Source of the DNA: Acidimicrobiia bacterium
Lineage (GTDB): Bacteria > Actinomycetota > Acidimicrobiia > Spongiisociales > UBA5794
DNA: 64,000 nucleotides
Direction: 5' to 3'
NCBI GenBank assembly: GCA_030066875.1
Contig: JASJAS010000001.1
Span: 20,923 to 84,922 of the forward strand
Part shown: piece by piece, positions 37,096-47,576 of the stretch
Position numbering within the stretch: position 1 is the stretch's first letter
How the letters are laid out: each line of letters opens with the position of its first letter
Notes under the pieces: model-generated
Databases searched by the model: none
What the model was told of the DNA's origin: nothing
Seen by the model: only the letters and a program-made list of their open reading frames with translations
Made by a program: the position numbers and the translations under genes

Positions 37096-38713
37096 CCTCC
37101 TCCTCGTCGATGAGCGCTTCGTATTCGGAGCGGAAGTACTGCAGAGTGCTGATCACCGGGTTCGGCGCCGACTGGCCGAGACCACATAGGCTCATGTCGC
37201 GAACAACCGAACAGAGGTGCTCAAGATCGCGCAGGTCCCGCCTCGTGCCGTTGCCGTCGGTGATGCGCTGCAGCAGGTTGTGCATCTGCACCGTGCCGGC
37301 ACGGCACGGCGTGCATTTCCCGCAGCTTTCATCCATGGAGAACTCCATGAAGAACTTCGCCACATCTGGCATCCGGACCTCGTCGTCCATCACGATGAGG
37401 CCCCCCGAGCCCATGATCGAACCGAGTTCGCGCAGGCTTTCATAATCGACGGGAGTGTCCAGGAACTTGGCTGGGATACACCCGCCCGACGGTCCACCGG
37501 TTTGGGCTGCTTTGAAGCTACGTCCGTCGGGGACGCCGCCTCCGATTTCTTCGACGATCTCCCGCAAACTGGTTCCCATCGGGACTTCGATGAGGCCGGT
37601 GTTCACAATGTCACCGGCAAGGGCGAACACTTTTGTACCGGTGCTCTTCTCGGTGCCGATCGAAGCAAACCAGTCGCCGCCGCGGTCGATGATCGGAGCC
37701 ACATTGGCCAGAGTCTCGACGTTGTTGATCATCGTCGGTGCTCCCCACAGGCCCTTCTCGGTCGGGTAGGGAGGCCGCAACTGCGGGGTACCGCGGCGGC
37801 CCTCGATCGAAGCCATCAGCGCGGTTTCTTCGCCACAGACGAAGGCACCCGCACCGATCCGCACTTCCACGGCAAGGCTGAAATTGGTATCGAGGATCTT
37901 CCTACCCAGCAGCCGGTTGCGCCGAGCAACCCTGATGGCTCGATCCAGCCGCTCGATGGCGCGCGGATACTCAGCCCGCACGTAGATGTAGGCCTGATCG
38001 GCGCCGGTGGCGTAAGCCGCGATGGCAATGCCCTCGATGAGCCGGTGGGGATCGTCCTCCATGATGGTGCGATCCATGTAGGCCCCGGGGTCACCCTCAT
38101 CGCCGTTGGCCACGACATACTTGGTCTTGCCACCGGCGGCGGCCAGCAGCGACCACTTGGAGCCGACCGGGTAACCGGCGCCGCCGCGACCACGCAAACC
38201 GGACCGACGGATCTCTTCGATGACCTGTTTCGGCTTCATCGAGGTCAGCGCCTTCTCCAGCGCTTGATAGCCACCGTGAGCGACATAGGACTCGATCCGG
38301 TCGGGGTTGATGACGCCACCGTTGGCCAGCACCACACGTTCCTGACTGGTGAAGAATGGCATGGTGGTATCCAGCAGATGCTCCGGAACAGGTTCCTCGT
38401 TGAGCACGTGACTGCGGACGATTTCCTTGGCGGCGTCGGGTGTCACCTTCTGATAGTCGGTTTCATCTCCACCCCGCCGCATCATGCGCATCAACGGCCC
38501 GGCGCTACACAGTCCCATGCAGCCGGTCGGGATGACCTGGACTTCGAGCTCCATGTCCTCGCGCTCCACCATGTCTTCCACGGCTTGAATCGTGGCCCCG
38601 GCTCCGGCCGACATGCAGGCGGTGCTGGCGCATGCTTTGACCCGCCATCGGGTACGGAAGCGTTCTTCACGCTCCCGGTCCATGACCTCGTGGAGATCGA
38701 TCGGCGCTGCCAT
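37082..38713 (-). CDS. hoxF: diaphorase NAD(H)/FMN-binding subunit HoxF (NuoF-like with N-terminal NuoE-like domain)
   Basis: The FMN/NADH motif region is '[19 protein letters not shown]'. The C-terminal Cys cluster is 'CGKCTPCR'. Confidence 0.85.
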   Translation of the reverse strand: MAAPIDLHEVMDREREERFRTRWRVKACASTACMSAGAGATIQAVEDMVEREDMELEVQVIPTGCMGLCSAGPLMRMMRRGGDETDYQKVTPDAAKEIVRSHVLNEEPVPEHLLDTTMPFFTSQERVVLANGGVINPDRIESYVAHGGYQALEKALTSMKPKQVIEEIRRSGLRGRGGAGYPVGSKWSLLAAAGGKTKYVVANGDEGDPGAYMDRTIMEDDPHRLIEGIAIAAYATGADQAYIYVRAEYPRAIERLDRAIRVARRNRLLGRKILDTNFSLAVEVRIGAGAFVCGEETALMASIEGRRGTPQLRPPYPTEKGLWGAPTMINNVETLANVAPIIDRGGDWFASIGTEKSTGTKVFALAGDIVNTGLIEVPMGTSLREIVEEIGGGVPDGRSFKAAQTGGPSGGCIPAKFLDTPVDYESLRELGSIMGSGGLIVMDDEVRMPDVAKFFMEFSMDESCGKCTPCRAGTVQMHNLLQRITDGNGTRRDLRDLEHLCSVVRDMSLCGLGQSAPNPVISTLQYFRSEYEALIDEEEVVHA

Positions 38714-39249
38714 CAGTCAACACCTCCTACTGCGGCGGCCACCAGTTCGAGGGTTGACTCTGTGTTCTGGTGACCCAGGACCTCGCCATCGAACACCACG
38801 ACCGGTGCCAGACCGCAAGACCCAAGACAGCGTGCCGTCTTCAGTGTCAGGCTGCCGTCCTCCGACGTCTCGCCGGCGGGCACGTCGTAGGCGTTGGAAA
38901 CGCCCTTGACGATGTCGTCGGCTCCCTTGACGAAGCAGGCGGTTCCGGTGCAGACCGTGCAGGCGTGGTCGCCGGGCGGGTCGAAGGTGAACAGCTGGTA
39001 GAACGTTGCGACGCCGTACACCATGCTGGGCGGCAGCCGCAGGGCGCGCGCCACGTAGATCAGGATGTCCTCCGACAGGTAGCCAAAGACATCCTGGGCG
39101 ACGTGCAGCGTCTCGATCAGCTGGTCTTGGGCGTAGCGGCCACGTTTGAGGTGCTTGTCGATGAGGTCGAATCGGTTGTCACCAGACGGATGCTCCCCTT
39201 GCTGACGATCCGAGACCCCAACGACGGCCCGTGTCGTTGTGTCGCTCAT
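38713..39249 (-). CDS. hoxE: diaphorase 2Fe-2S subunit HoxE (NuoE-like)
   Basis: It has '[17 protein letters not shown]' and '[10 protein letters not shown]'. It is the first gene of the minus-strand operon. Confidence 0.8.
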   Translation of the reverse strand: MSDTTTRAVVGVSDRQQGEHPSGDNRFDLIDKHLKRGRYAQDQLIETLHVAQDVFGYLSEDILIYVARALRLPPSMVYGVATFYQLFTFDPPGDHACTVCTGTACFVKGADDIVKGVSNAYDVPAGETSEDGSLTLKTARCLGSCGLAPVVVFDGEVLGHQNTESTLELVAAAVGGVD

Positions 39250-39448
39250 TGTTCCTCACTCGAGTGTCGGCCCCACCTTGGTCGGCGGGGCTGCATCGAG
39301 CCAGGGGACAAAGGCACATCGGGAGGTGACGTTGGAACCTCCAAATGGCGTGCCACACAAAAATATGCAGAGAACCGTATATACCTGACTCGGGCAGCGT
39401 GCGATGCGAGGCCGCGGCAGAAGGCGCTGTGGTTGAAGAGCGCTCCGT

Positions 39449-41080
39449 TCAAGCGCCCGCGATGGCCGGAGGTATCGCTCCGAAGTACTCCTCGAGCCGG
39501 GCATCGGCCTGGTCGCCGAACAAGATCTCGGCGACCTCACGCACCCCGGCAGACTCCGCAATCACATCGTCCGAAATTACCTGGGATATCTTTGACCGCC
39601 GTCGCATGAAATCCTCGAGCTTGGTGATCATCTCTGTACCGGCGGCGACGTGGAGTTCGACGCGGAGATAGTCCGCGTTTTTCATGATGTCCTTGCCCAT
39701 CTCGGGATTGGCTCGAATCTCGTCGAGCATCTCGAAGGCCCGCCGGCCGTAGCGGCGCCACAAGCGGTCGGATAATGGTTCAACATCGGGCTTGTGGCGG
39801 AGGTCGTCGAGCTTCATCAGTCGTGCCTGGCGATAGAACTCCTGCCGAGTTGCTTTGGCGGGCTCGCCGTACCAGTTCTGGGTGTCCTCCTCGAGTGGCA
39901 CCCCGAGTTCCTCAACAGCGTCGGCGACTTCCTCCCCGACGTTGAGGCAATCGGTCAGCTTGCCACCGAATATCGAGATCACCTTGCGAGCGTGGTCGAC
40001 CTCGATCTCGTGCTTGCGGGAAAGCTTGGTCCAATCGACGTCGCGCATGTCGTCGCCGTCGGTCTCGACGACCAAGGGGCGGACACCGGTGCGGTCGGCG
40101 ATGATGTCGTCCGTGGTGAGTGGCTTCCGCAGATCGAGGCGGGCATTGATCTGATCGAGCAGAAACTCACGGTCTTCGTCGTTGACCTCGGTGTACGGCG
40201 TATCGACCCGGGTATCGGTGGTTCCGATGACGGAACGGCGACCCATAGGGATCACGTAGAAGAGCCGCTGCGTGTCGTCGAAGAACGCCAGCACCCGCTC
40301 GTTTGGCGTGAGGCGCTTGACGATGAGGTGGATGCCCTTGGAATAGACGACCCGATGCTTGGTCCGGAGGCCGAGTTGCTCGTTCAGCCCGTCGATGAAG
40401 GGACCGGCCGCATTGACGATCATGCGAGCGGTGCACTCGAACTCGCGGTCCTGGTCGATGTCGCGCAGCCTCGCTCTCCAGCCGCCATCGATGCGTTCGG
40501 CTGCGATGAGTTCAACGTAATTGGCGGCCGTCGCTCCGACGTCCATGGCCGAGCGAATGAAGCTGAAGACAAACCTCGAATCGTTGTCCTTGAGGTAGGC
40601 GTCGTAGTACTCGATGCCGCCGCGCACGCCGCTCACATCGATTATCGGCTCCTCCGCCTTGATCTTCTCGGCGCTCAGCAGGCGCGGATAGCGAGTCTTG
40701 AAGCTGCCGATTACCCAGTAGGCGGTGCTGCCGACGATCGCCAGCCATGGCGGAAACGGAGAGCCGTGATCGAGCGCTGCCAGAAACGGAACGGGCTTGA
40801 TGTTATCTGGATAGGCCTTGATCAGGCGGTTGCGGGAAACACAAAGCTTGCGAACCAGGAAGAACTCATAGCTTTCGAGGTACTTGAAGCCGCCCCAAAC
40901 CAGGTTGGATGACTCCTGGCTGGTGAACGCCCCGAAGTCGCCCCGGTCGACCAATGCCACTGAGGCCCCGCGGCCGGCGAGCACGGCCGCAGAGACGGCA
41001 CCGTTGATGCCCCCGCCCACTATCAGAACGTCGAATGAACCTCCGTCGAGTTTCTGCACGCTTCTGGTTCGCAGTGGCAT
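39449..41080 (-). CDS. glpD: FAD-dependent glycerol-3-phosphate dehydrogenase
   Basis: The N-terminal FAD fold reads 'FDVLIVGGGINGAVSAAVLAGRGASVALVDRGDFGAFTSQESSNLVWGG'. Confidence 0.8.
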   Translation of the reverse strand: MPLRTRSVQKLDGGSFDVLIVGGGINGAVSAAVLAGRGASVALVDRGDFGAFTSQESSNLVWGGFKYLESYEFFLVRKLCVSRNRLIKAYPDNIKPVPFLAALDHGSPFPPWLAIVGSTAYWVIGSFKTRYPRLLSAEKIKAEEPIIDVSGVRGGIEYYDAYLKDNDSRFVFSFIRSAMDVGATAANYVELIAAERIDGGWRARLRDIDQDREFECTARMIVNAAGPFIDGLNEQLGLRTKHRVVYSKGIHLIVKRLTPNERVLAFFDDTQRLFYVIPMGRRSVIGTTDTRVDTPYTEVNDEDREFLLDQINARLDLRKPLTTDDIIADRTGVRPLVVETDGDDMRDVDWTKLSRKHEIEVDHARKVISIFGGKLTDCLNVGEEVADAVEELGVPLEEDTQNWYGEPAKATRQEFYRQARLMKLDDLRHKPDVEPLSDRLWRRYGRRAFEMLDEIRANPEMGKDIMKNADYLRVELHVAAGTEMITKLEDFMRRRSKISQVISDDVIAESAGVREVAEILFGDQADARLEEYFGAIPPAIAGA

Positions 41081-41161
41081 GGCGCGAGGTTACCGCTCCC
41101 TGGGTTACCCCGGATCTTCCCGAGAGTCTTCTTGTCAACGAACCGGCCCGTAGCTCTCCGC

Positions 41162-41208
41162 TTCCTGCGGACATGTCTTCGTCAGTGGGGAGCTATGTCC
41201 GCAAGAAC
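41162..41208 (+). repeat. dispersed palindromic element, copy 2 (TTCCTGCGGACAT-N15-GAGCTATGTCCGCAAGAAC)
   Basis: The 13-nt and 19-nt blocks are identical to copy 1 at 24817–24863 with the same spacing. It lies in the glpD upstream region. Confidence 0.6.
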
Positions 41209-41238
41209 GGTGGTGGAAGGGCTGTTCGGTCGGGCCTG

Positions 41239-42015
41239 CTATTCCTCCGGGGCGGGACCCACGATCGAAAAGGTGCCGCCGTTCGGGTCGTTGATAACCG
41301 CGACTCTCCCCAGCGGGGTGTCAAAGGGCGGCACGGGGACGGCGCCACCTGCCTCGGTGACGGCCGCGACCGCGGCGTCGGCGTCACCAACCCGGAAGTA
41401 GGTCATCCAGTGAGCCGGCAGGTCATCGGGCCAGGTTTCGTCCATAGTCATGATCCCGGCGGTTGGTCGCTCATCCAACCAGAACGTGTAGTACATGAAC
41501 TCGCCCATGTCGTCCTCGGTCACCCTCCAGGGAAGAATCGCCGTATAGAACTCCCGGGCCGCGGCGGAGTCGCGGGTGGTGAGCTCGTTCCATGTGAGGA
41601 ACCCGGGATCGTTGAAGGCCTCAGCACCGGTGTGAGTACCCGCCTGCCAGAACCCAATGGCGGCACCGGTCGGATCCATGCCATAGGCCATCCGTCCGTT
41701 GTCCATCACGTCCACAGGGGGAACAACCAGCTCGCCGCCGTGGTCGGTGAAGGCGGCCGCGATGGCATCCACGTCGTCGACGTTGATGTACGTGGTCCAC
41801 AGCGGTGGGAACCCGTGCTCGGTCATCTCTGCGGACTGTTTGCCGAGACCGGCTGCCAGCTTCCCGCCGGCGCGAAACATTGTGTAGACGAGTTCGCCTT
41901 CGTCTTCGATGTCCTCAGCTTCCCAGCCGAGCACAGCCGAGTAGAACGCCTTGGCGCCCGGGACGTCAGGCGAGGAGAGATCGCTCCAGGTCACCAGACC
42001 GTGCGGATATGACAT
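41239..42015 (-). CDS. two-domain VOC (glyoxalase/bleomycin-resistance/dioxygenase) family protein
   Basis: The sequence from 'MSYPHGLVTWSDLSSPDVPGAKAFY...' shows two betaalphabetabetabeta modules. The start was taken at the ATG at 42015. The longer track ORF reaching 42744 is an artefactual extension. Confidence 0.65.
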   Translation of the reverse strand: MSYPHGLVTWSDLSSPDVPGAKAFYSAVLGWEAEDIEDEGELVYTMFRAGGKLAAGLGKQSAEMTEHGFPPLWTTYINVDDVDAIAAAFTDHGGELVVPPVDVMDNGRMAYGMDPTGAAIGFWQAGTHTGAEAFNDPGFLTWNELTTRDSAAAREFYTAILPWRVTEDDMGEFMYYTFWLDERPTAGIMTMDETWPDDLPAHWMTYFRVGDADAAVAAVTEAGGAVPVPPFDTPLGRVAVINDPNGGTFSIVGPAPEE

Positions 42016-42123
42016 GGCTTGCCTCCATCGAGATACTTCCCTCGAACCTACGCGCTTCGGCGGTCGGATGGGAGAGGATCGACGCGGAGCAATGCCTGGT
42101 ACGCTGCCGCGTGCTGGCACAAG

Positions 42124-43296
42124 ATGTGGAGGAACGTGGTGGAGATCGAAATCGGCATCGCCAAGACCGGTCGGCGAGCCTGGGGTTTCGACGATATTGC
42201 GATCGTACCGTCGCGCCGCACCCGTGATCCTGAGGATGTGAAACTGGAATGGGAGATCGATGCCTTCACCTTCGATCTGCCAATGATGGGGGCCGCCATG
42301 GATTCGGCGGTCAGCCCGACGACGGCCATCGAGATCGGTCGCATCGGCGGCCAGGCTGTCCTCAATCTCGAGGGCCTGTGGACGCGGTATGAAGATCCAA
42401 TGCCGGTCTACGAGGAGATCGGAGCCGCGGCCAACGAAGTGGCGACGGCGCTGATCCAGAAGGTCTATCAAGAACCTGTCAAACCGGATCTGATTGGGCA
42501 ACGGGTTGCCGAGATCAAGGCGGGCGGGGTTTTGGCCGCGGCAAGCCTCACTCCGCAGAATGTGGAGCGCTGGTACCGCCATGCTCTCGACGCTGGACTC
42601 GACATCTTGGTCGTCCAAGGGACTGTCGTGTCCGCCGAGCACGTGTCGAGCAGAGCCGAACCGTTGGATCTGTTCAAGTTCATCGCCGAGGTCCCGATCC
42701 CGGTGATAGTCGGCGGGGTCGCCTCTTACTCGGGGGCTCTGCACCTAATGCGTACCGGAGCTGTTGGAGTGTTGGTCGGCGTCGGTCCGGGTGCGGCCTG
42801 CACTTCGCGAGGTGTGCTCGGCATCGGCGTTCCCCAAGCAACCGCCATTGCCGACGCCGCCGGCGCCCGTACTCGCTATCTGGAGGAGACCGGCCGTTAT
42901 GTACACGTGATCGCCGATGGCGGGATGCGGACAGGCGGCGACATCGCCAAGGCCATAGCAGTCGGCGCAGATGCGGTGATGCTGGGATCACCACTGACCG
43001 CAGCGAAAGAGGCGCCGGCCAAAGGCAATCATTGGGGGATGGCAACCTTCCATCCGACGTTGCCACGCGGGACCAGAGTCAAGACCGGCGAGTTGGGCAC
43101 GTTGGAGGAGATCCTCGTAGGCCCGGCACACGAGAACGACGGTCGGCGCAACCTGTTCGGGGCCCTCCGAGTCTCGATGGCTACCACCGGCTATGCATCA
43201 GTCAAAGAATTCCAGAAGGCGGAGGTGATGGTCGCCCCCGCTCTGCAGACCGAAGGTAAGGCGCTGCAGAAATCGCAGCAGGTGGGGATGGGATAG
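42124..43296 (+). CDS. IMP dehydrogenase/GMP reductase family protein lacking CBS insert (GuaB-related)
   Basis: '[15 protein letters not shown]...' is an IMPDH TIM-barrel N-terminus and a 'GGVASYSGA...' region follows. At about 390 aa it has no CBS pair. Confidence 0.75.
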   Translation: MWRNVVEIEIGIAKTGRRAWGFDDIAIVPSRRTRDPEDVKLEWEIDAFTFDLPMMGAAMDSAVSPTTAIEIGRIGGQAVLNLEGLWTRYEDPMPVYEEIGAAANEVATALIQKVYQEPVKPDLIGQRVAEIKAGGVLAAASLTPQNVERWYRHALDAGLDILVVQGTVVSAEHVSSRAEPLDLFKFIAEVPIPVIVGGVASYSGALHLMRTGAVGVLVGVGPGAACTSRGVLGIGVPQATAIADAAGARTRYLEETGRYVHVIADGGMRTGGDIAKAIAVGADAVMLGSPLTAAKEAPAKGNHWGMATFHPTLPRGTRVKTGELGTLEEILVGPAHENDGRRNLFGALRVSMATTGYASVKEFQKAEVMVAPALQTEGKALQKSQQVGMG

Positions 43297-43297
43297 C

Positions 43298-44860
43298 GTG
43301 GCAGTTTCGGCCGGTCAGGCCTCCACCGGCGACTTCGACAAAGTGCTCGTAGTGGACTTCGGTGCCCAATATGCCCAGCTCATTGCACGCCGTGTGCGGG
43401 AGGCGCACGTCTTCTCCGAGATCGTCCCGCGAACGATCAGCGCAGCTGAGGTTGAGGACCGCCAACCCGCCGGGATCATCCTGTCGGGCGGACCTGCGTC
43501 GGTCTATGCCGACGACGCCTACGACATCGATCCGCAGATCCTGAAGCTGGGCATACCGACCCTGGGCATCTGCTACGGCCATCAAGTCATCGCGCATGCT
43601 CTCGGCGGAGATGTCGCCCCCAACGACGTTGCGGAGTTCGGACGTGCCGAGCTTGCTGTTACTTCCCAGTCGCTTCTCCTGAACGAGCTTCCTGAGGAGC
43701 AGATCGTATGGATGAGCCATCGCGACGCAGTCGTCGCGCCCCCTGCCGGGTTCACCGTGACCGCGACCACAGCCGACTCTCCGGTGGCAGCGATGGAAGA
43801 TTTGTCCCGGGGAATCTTCGGCGTCCAGTTTCACCCTGAGGTGGTCCATACCGCGCGCGGCCAGGAGATGCTCAAACACTTCCTCTACGAAGCGTGCCGA
43901 GCCCGCCCCCTGTGGACGCACGCCAGCATCATCGAGCAGTCCGTCGATGCGGTACGGAGCAGCGTCGACGACGGCGCCGTCATTTGCGGACTCTCAGGCG
44001 GCGTCGACTCGTCGGTGGCAGCCGCGTTGGTGCACAAGGCAATCGGGGATCAGCTGGTTTGCGTCTTCGTGGACCACGGCCTTCTGCGGAAGGACGAGGC
44101 GGAACAGGTCGAGGAGACATTCCGCTCCAGCTTTCACATGAATCTGATTCACGTGAAGGCTGAGGACCGCTTTCTTGCTGCGCTCGCTGGAGTCACCGAT
44201 CCGGAGGAGAAGCGGAAGATCATCGGAGAGACGTTCATCAGAGTCTTCGAAGAGGTGGCCGCCGAAGTAAGCGACGTCCGCTTCCTCGTGCAGGGCACTT
44301 TGTACCCCGACGTGATCGAGTCGGGCACGGCGGACGCAGCCAAGATCAAGAGCCATCACAATGTCGGCGGATTGCCCGAAGACATGGAACTGAAGCTGAT
44401 CGAGCCGCTGCGCGACCTATTCAAGGACGAAGTGCGGGCGGTCGGCGAGGAACTGGGTATTCCGGAGGAGATCGTGTGGCGCCAGCCATTCCCCGGTCCG
44501 GGTCTCGCGGTCCGCATCATCGGCGAAGTCACCAGAGAACGTCTGGAGATTCTCCGGGCGGCGGACGCAATCGTGCTGGAGGAGGTGCGTCGCGCGGGGC
44601 TCTACACCGAGTTGTGGCAGAGTTTTGCAGTACTCCCCGGTATCCGCTCGGTCGGTGTGCAAGGCGATGGGCGCACCTACGCCTATCCGCTCATCGTTCG
44701 CGCCGTTACCAGTGAAGATGCCATGACCGCCGATTGGGCGCGCCTGCCCTATGAGGTGCTGGAGCGTATCTCTTCGCGGGTGATCAACGAGGTAGAGGGC
44801 ATCAACCGTGTTGCATACGACATCTCGTCGAAACCACCCGCCACTATTGAATGGGAATAA
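43298..44860 (+). CDS. guaA: GMP synthase (glutamine-hydrolysing)
   Basis: A GATase domain ('ICYGHQ') is followed by an ATP-PPase P-loop ('SGGVDSSV') and the C-terminal dimerization domain ending 'IEWE'. Confidence 0.9.
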   Translation: MAVSAGQASTGDFDKVLVVDFGAQYAQLIARRVREAHVFSEIVPRTISAAEVEDRQPAGIILSGGPASVYADDAYDIDPQILKLGIPTLGICYGHQVIAHALGGDVAPNDVAEFGRAELAVTSQSLLLNELPEEQIVWMSHRDAVVAPPAGFTVTATTADSPVAAMEDLSRGIFGVQFHPEVVHTARGQEMLKHFLYEACRARPLWTHASIIEQSVDAVRSSVDDGAVICGLSGGVDSSVAAALVHKAIGDQLVCVFVDHGLLRKDEAEQVEETFRSSFHMNLIHVKAEDRFLAALAGVTDPEEKRKIIGETFIRVFEEVAAEVSDVRFLVQGTLYPDVIESGTADAAKIKSHHNVGGLPEDMELKLIEPLRDLFKDEVRAVGEELGIPEEIVWRQPFPGPGLAVRIIGEVTRERLEILRAADAIVLEEVRRAGLYTELWQSFAVLPGIRSVGVQGDGRTYAYPLIVRAVTSEDAMTADWARLPYEVLERISSRVINEVEGINRVAYDISSKPPATIEWE

Positions 44861-44964
44861 CCGGCCGACGGTCATCAAAACGAGCCGTGGGCATTAGCTT
44901 ATGGCTCAAGTGACTAGTTGCTCGCGTCGATAGCCTGTCGATACGGGCGCCGGAAGGGCACAGC

Positions 44965-47430
44965 GTGAGTTGGAGCGCAGATCCTGAGCTTCTGCAGATG
45001 TTCCTCGATGAAGTCGCGGAACGATCCACGCGGCTGATCGAGGGCGGCGAGGCCATGCAAAGCGGTGGCGTTGACCCCGAGATGGCCGCGGTCATGCTGC
45101 GCGAGGGCCACACCATCAAGGGGACCGCCCGGGTCATGGGCTTCGAGGCGATCTCCGATGCCGGCAAGATGATCGAAGACCTGTGGCGAGGGGTGAAATC
45201 GGGAGACATCGAGCCTTACCCAAACTTGGGTCGCTCGCTCGTCGCTTTGGCTGAGGCGCTCATGCCTGCAACCGAGGCGGATCCGGACGCAGGTAGCCCT
45301 GAGTTGGTTGACGCGATGGAGAAGCTGAATCGCGCCACCGGGTACATGCTGGGTGAAGCTGCGGAAACAGCGACGGGTTCCTCGCCAACCGAGGGAGTTG
45401 CGGACGAACCGGCGGACAGCCCGGCGGACATACCGGCGGAGGAACCGGCGCAAGCGCCGGCAGAGGTACCGGTGGCGGAACCAGGCGCGACAGTCAGCGC
45501 ACCCGAGTCTGCCGAGCAGGCAGAGCCGCAGATTGCGGACGTCGTTCCGCTACCGGGCGCGATGGCCCCTTCCGACCCGCAGCCCGCACCGGAGCCACCG
45601 GCGACTACCGCCACCCCACCAGATCCGCCGCCCGTTGCCGCTCCCGAGACTGATCCGTCCGATTCCGCCGCGGTGGGCTCGGCAGCCCCGGCGGCTCCGC
45701 CGCCCGTCGTCGGTCCGGCGACCGTTGCCACCGGACAGCCGGAGCCGCCGGCGACCGTTCCGGAGCGCGAGGGTGTCGTGTCGGCGCGGGACGTGCCGCT
45801 TGACACGACAACGAGCGAGGTCATTGGCTCCGCGGCAGACGATGTCGAGGTGTACGGTCCCGATCTCGGAGGACTGCTCAGCTCGTTGGAGAATTGGGCC
45901 TCCGGCCAGACCATCCAAGTGAGCGCGGGTCGTTTGTACAGGCTCATAAACCACGTCGCCAGCCTGAGGGTCGAGCTCGATAGCGTGCTCGGGGAGATGC
46001 GCTATTCGCCACAGGTGACGCTCGACCTCATCGAGCATATGACTGATCTGGTCAGGGCGACCTCGTCACTCGAGGTCAACGCCATGGAATTGGGCGCCGT
46101 TCCCGTGCGCCAGATGACAAACACATTGCCCCAGCTGGTGCGCTACTTGGCCAAGAAGCTGGGCAAAGAGATTCGATTCGAGATCGCGGCTGCGGACGAT
46201 CTCGATGTGGATCGACAGGTGCTCGATAAGATCTCCGATCCGGTTCGCCAACTCATCGTCAATGCCGTCAATCATGGGATCGAGCTCCCCGCCGAGCGAG
46301 AAGCCGCAGGCAAACCCGCTACCGGCGTTGTGTCGGTTTCGCTGGCGAGGCGCGGCTCCAGCTTCGAGGTGATCGTCCAAGACGATGGGTCCGGCATCAA
46401 CTACAACGAGGTCCGGCAACTGGCAGTGTCGCAAGGTTTGGTCGCGGCTGACGCTCCCGCCGATGTTGAAATGCTCCGTCCGATTCTCTTCTTCCCGGGT
46501 TTCACGACAAAAGCCGGCGATGAGCTCAACAGCGTTGGGGCCGGGTTGTCCAATGTGGCCGACGCCGTCGAATCGCTGTTTGGCCGCATTCGGATCGACT
46601 CGCAAGACGGTGCAGGCACCACCGTCACGCTGGTTGTGCCGACCGTACGAGACCTGCAGCGGGTCCTCATCGTGGATTCCGGGGGAACGAAATGGGCCAT
46701 CCCCGAGGCTGTGATAGACGCCATCATCCCGATCGACTCCGCCTCGATTCGGTCCGAAGGCGACCGGCAGCTTCTCGCCCATGAAGATACCGAGATCCCA
46801 CTTGCGCCGATTGCCAATGTCGTCGGAGCCACCGACACCCGGCCTCCGGTGCAGGTCGTTGCGTTGGCGCACCGCGCCGGTAACGCTGCGGTCACGGTCA
46901 ACGAAGTGCTCGGCATTCGTGAGGTAGCAGCTAAGGAACTCGGCCCGGTCGTTTCCGGCCCGTCCCACATCACCGGTGCCGCTCTCATGGGTGGCGGCGA
47001 CGTGGTTCTAGTCCTCGACGCCGGGGCGATCGTCCAGCTCTGCCAATCGGTGCCGCAACCAGTGGCCCCGCGGGCGCGCATCCTGGTGGTCGACGACTCG
47101 CAGGGCGCCCGGGCGGTCATCGCAGGATCGCTGGCTTCCAGCGGGTTCAGTACCAGCGTCGCCGAGAGCGGGTTCGAAGCGCTCGAGATTCTCAACGAGG
47201 AGCATATCGACGCTCTCGTGGTGGATTTCTCCATGCCCGCCCAGGACGGCGTCGAGTTGGTCCGCAAGGTACGTGAGTCCGGGGCCGAGATCCCGATCGT
47301 GATGCTGTCCGGCGTCGCCAAGGCCGAGGACCAGGAACGGGCGATCGAAGCCGGCGTTGACGCTTTCTTCGAGAAGGCCGACTTCCGAGAGGGCGCTCTC
47401 GCCAACCAGCTCCGTTCGCTGCTGGAATAG
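44965..47430 (+). CDS. CheA-like hybrid histidine kinase with C-terminal receiver domain (P1-linker-P3-P4-P5-REC)
   Basis: Hpt P1 carries 'REGHTIKGTARVMGF'. A Pro/Ala/Glu-rich low-complexity linker of about 150 aa follows. HATPase has N-box 'NAVNHGIE', G1 'DDGSGI' and 'GFTTK'. The P5 domain is CheW-like. The REC domain has 'ILVVDDS...VVDFSMP...K'. Confidence 0.75.
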   Translation: MSWSADPELLQMFLDEVAERSTRLIEGGEAMQSGGVDPEMAAVMLREGHTIKGTARVMGFEAISDAGKMIEDLWRGVKSGDIEPYPNLGRSLVALAEALMPATEADPDAGSPELVDAMEKLNRATGYMLGEAAETATGSSPTEGVADEPADSPADIPAEEPAQAPAEVPVAEPGATVSAPESAEQAEPQIADVVPLPGAMAPSDPQPAPEPPATTATPPDPPPVAAPETDPSDSAAVGSAAPAAPPPVVGPATVATGQPEPPATVPEREGVVSARDVPLDTTTSEVIGSAADDVEVYGPDLGGLLSSLENWASGQTIQVSAGRLYRLINHVASLRVELDSVLGEMRYSPQVTLDLIEHMTDLVRATSSLEVNAMELGAVPVRQMTNTLPQLVRYLAKKLGKEIRFEIAAADDLDVDRQVLDKISDPVRQLIVNAVNHGIELPAEREAAGKPATGVVSVSLARRGSSFEVIVQDDGSGINYNEVRQLAVSQGLVAADAPADVEMLRPILFFPGFTTKAGDELNSVGAGLSNVADAVESLFGRIRIDSQDGAGTTVTLVVPTVRDLQRVLIVDSGGTKWAIPEAVIDAIIPIDSASIRSEGDRQLLAHEDTEIPLAPIANVVGATDTRPPVQVVALAHRAGNAAVTVNEVLGIREVAAKELGPVVSGPSHITGAALMGGGDVVLVLDAGAIVQLCQSVPQPVAPRARILVVDDSQGARAVIAGSLASSGFSTSVAESGFEALEILNEEHIDALVVDFSMPAQDGVELVRKVRESGAEIPIVMLSGVAKAEDQERAIEAGVDAFFEKADFREGALANQLRSLLE

Positions 47431-47562
47431 AACGCTCAAACCTCGCCTTCGCTCCTGCCCGTTGCCGTGTGGTCCGGTTCGCTTCCGACCGAGCCCGGGA
47501 GACTGGACGGACGGCGGGGTAGCCGGGCTTACATCCTTGTAGTTCCCATCCTGCGGAGTTCG

Positions 47563-47568
47563 TATAAT
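47563..47568 (+). promoter_or_regulatory. -10 hexamer TATAAT 8 nt upstream of the pcrA ATG (probable leaderless transcript)
   Basis: A perfect TATAAT sits at 47563–47568 and the ATG at 47577. No SD-like sequence lies between them. Confidence 0.35.
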
Positions 47569-47576
47569 CGGCGGCC

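Noticed and set aside
39794-40912. 372-aa plus-strand ORF
   Set aside because: It is antisense to glpD, whose FAD-binding motifs are on the minus strand.
42016-42744. N-terminal 240-aa extension of the VOC-protein ORF (track ORF 41239–42744)
   Set aside because: The extension has no VOC-like sequence and overlaps the divergent guaB-like gene start. The protein makes sense only from the internal ATG at 42015 ('MSYPHGL...').
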